Position numbers and translations under genes: made by a program
Shown here: positions 58,937-60,328 of the stretch, piece after piece
Layout: each line of letters starts with the position of its first letter
Numbering within the stretch: the stretch's first letter is position 1
The notes under the pieces: generated by a model
Database searches by the model: none
The model's input: the letters and a program-made list of their open reading frames with translations, nothing else
What the model was told of the DNA's origin: nothing
NCBI GenBank assembly: GCA_964384025.1
Contig: CAYLJJ010000029.1
Coordinates: forward strand, 1-60,328
Direction: 5' to 3'
Length of the DNA stretch: 60,328 bases
Origin: an uncultured Nannocystaceae bacterium
Lineage (GTDB): Bacteria > Myxococcota_A > Bradymonadia > UBA7976 > UBA1532

Positions 58937-59614
58937 GCGAGACTCTTGAAGGATGTCGACGGCGATTACGAGGGGAGTAGGGATGGAAATTCCATATTGA
59001 GGGCCTGCGCGCGAACCATCAGGCGGGTTGATTTGATGGTTCCGTGGAAAGTATTTGTGTGCAAGTAAACGCATTCCACGTGCCTGCTGGTGAAAACAGA
59101 CGTGTGATGCTCTTTAGCTACTACTCTGAAGATACAAACATGCGTTAGGAGGCGCAATATGTACTGTTCAGTCATTCAAACTTATTGCAATTGCTTAAGG
59201 CTCGCATGCTTCATCCTAATAGGAGTTTCGTGTGTCGAAAACACTAATGATTTAGACATAAAAGGAATGTCAAAGGATGTAAGCCTTATTCATGAGCAAA
59301 AAACACCCGATTTTGGCTTACAAAATGGCGATATAAAGCATTTAGAACTTGATATTGCCTTATTAAGTCAGGAAAAATGATAGTTTTCTGGAAGAGCATT
59401 CTCAATGCGAGAACTTAGATGAGCAGGACTGCCTCACCCTTTTCACGTGTGACCCAATATATGGTGATCATCTTAATGATATTGGAGAACTTAGTTCTGG
59501 TTATATTGGCTGTCTAACATCAATAACACCTGAAGGAGATGGTATAAGCTGCAATACTGTTGCTTCTTGCACAGTAGCTACTGAAGGTTCTATTTGCTTT
59601 CGAATTCCACATGA

Positions 59615-60133
59615 TTGTCCACCAGATGGATGGAGCATCGTACATTGCGGGAGTACTCCGGGTTGTATCGAGTAAATTTTATACCTTATAAATATCTGCT
59701 CAGCCTGACTTACTGGATTGGCGGAACTCTTGCCCTTGCAATAATCGGATTACTTATTTTAATATGGTTTAGTTTTTCCCAAGAAAAAGAGGCCCCATGC
59801 GTTATTATTGCAACAATAAATGATGTAAAAATCTTCCAAAGCGAAGTTGATTTTATGCAGGCGCAGTTAATTTTGCAAGGAGGATCAGAGGACCAATATA
59901 GTGCGATGCTTGAGGTCCTTTGGCAGGAAAATGAGCGACAACGTCGCAAATTAATACCTGCTCCGACACGAGCTGATGCCCGACGGATTGCAGTAAGACG
60001 ACTTCGCCATGAACGTCTAAGTAATCATACGAATCCACAACTGAAACTTGGGAATATACCACAAAATACTCAGTTTACGGATTGTGGACTGAATATTATT
60101 AGCAAGGAAGCATATAATCGTGTTTTTCAGTAG
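59615..60133 (+). CDS. hypothetical protein (172 aa) inside the repeat-bounded segment
   Basis: AT-rich ORF with one TM-like segment (LALAIIGLLILIWF). No family recognised. Confidence 0.3.
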   Translation: MSTRWMEHRTLREYSGLYRVNFIPYKYLLSLTYWIGGTLALAIIGLLILIWFSFSQEKEAPCVIIATINDVKIFQSEVDFMQAQLILQGGSEDQYSAMLEVLWQENERQRRKLIPAPTRADARRIAVRRLRHERLSNHTNPQLKLGNIPQNTQFTDCGLNIISKEAYNRVFQ

Positions 60134-60206
60134 AATTTTAAATCCTTAATCCCTGAGTGAATATCTTAATATTTTCACAAAGAATCCTGAGTTCATCTCA
60201 TTATTC

Positions 60207-60328
60207 CTGAGTCCGCCGGATTTTGTGGTTGATTCATTCTAAGGGGTTACGTCCACTCATGGCTGCGGCAACAAGCAAATTCTGTAGCCAATTCTCGTGG
60301 TATGAGAAGCCATTGATATCTTGAAAGG
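60207..60328 (+). repeat. copy 2 of the 122-bp direct repeat; it runs to the window edge and may extend further
   Basis: See copy 1. This copy is preceded by three spaced (T/C)CCTGAGT motifs at about 60152, 60185 and 60206. Confidence 0.85.

Overview
This is a 60.3-kb high-GC (about 60%) bacterial chromosomal window with AT-rich intergenic spacers. The gene content points to a delta-proteobacterial / Myxococcota-Bdellovibrionota-like organism: many lipoproteins, MopE-type Cys-rich metal-binding repeats, FHA/VWA proteins, a CHASE3 chemoreceptor and a sigma-28 factor. Identifiable genes are recD (with a coupled small PD-(D/E)xK nuclease), a CHASE3 MCP, a CBS protein, an S26 peptidase-like gene, and a long minus-strand gene string yceD-rpmF-plsX-acpP-fabF-rpiB-ribD-ribE-ribB(X)-ribH-nusB. 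Also present are secA, a GT2 synthase / sigma-28 / sugar nucleotidyltransferase cluster, a VWA-FHA protein beside an IS5-family transposase remnant, rlmD, an M14 carboxypeptidase, recN, a NarL-type two-component operon and a TrmH-family methyltransferase. The most striking element is a full-length homologue of the eukaryotic major vault protein (MVP) immediately downstream of secA. The right-hand 6 kb is a low-GC island, foreign by composition. It carries a three-lipoprotein operon, including a second MopE-repeat protein, and ends in two near-identical 122-bp direct repeats. Other points worth checking are a riboflavin RibB fusion with a degenerate GTP-cyclohydrolase-II domain, an S26 peptidase with a Thr/Arg non-canonical dyad, an in-frame 18-bp tandem repeat array, and a terpene-cyclase-like toroid lipoprotein with thrombospondin type-3 repeats. 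No rRNA, tRNA or CRISPR was seen.
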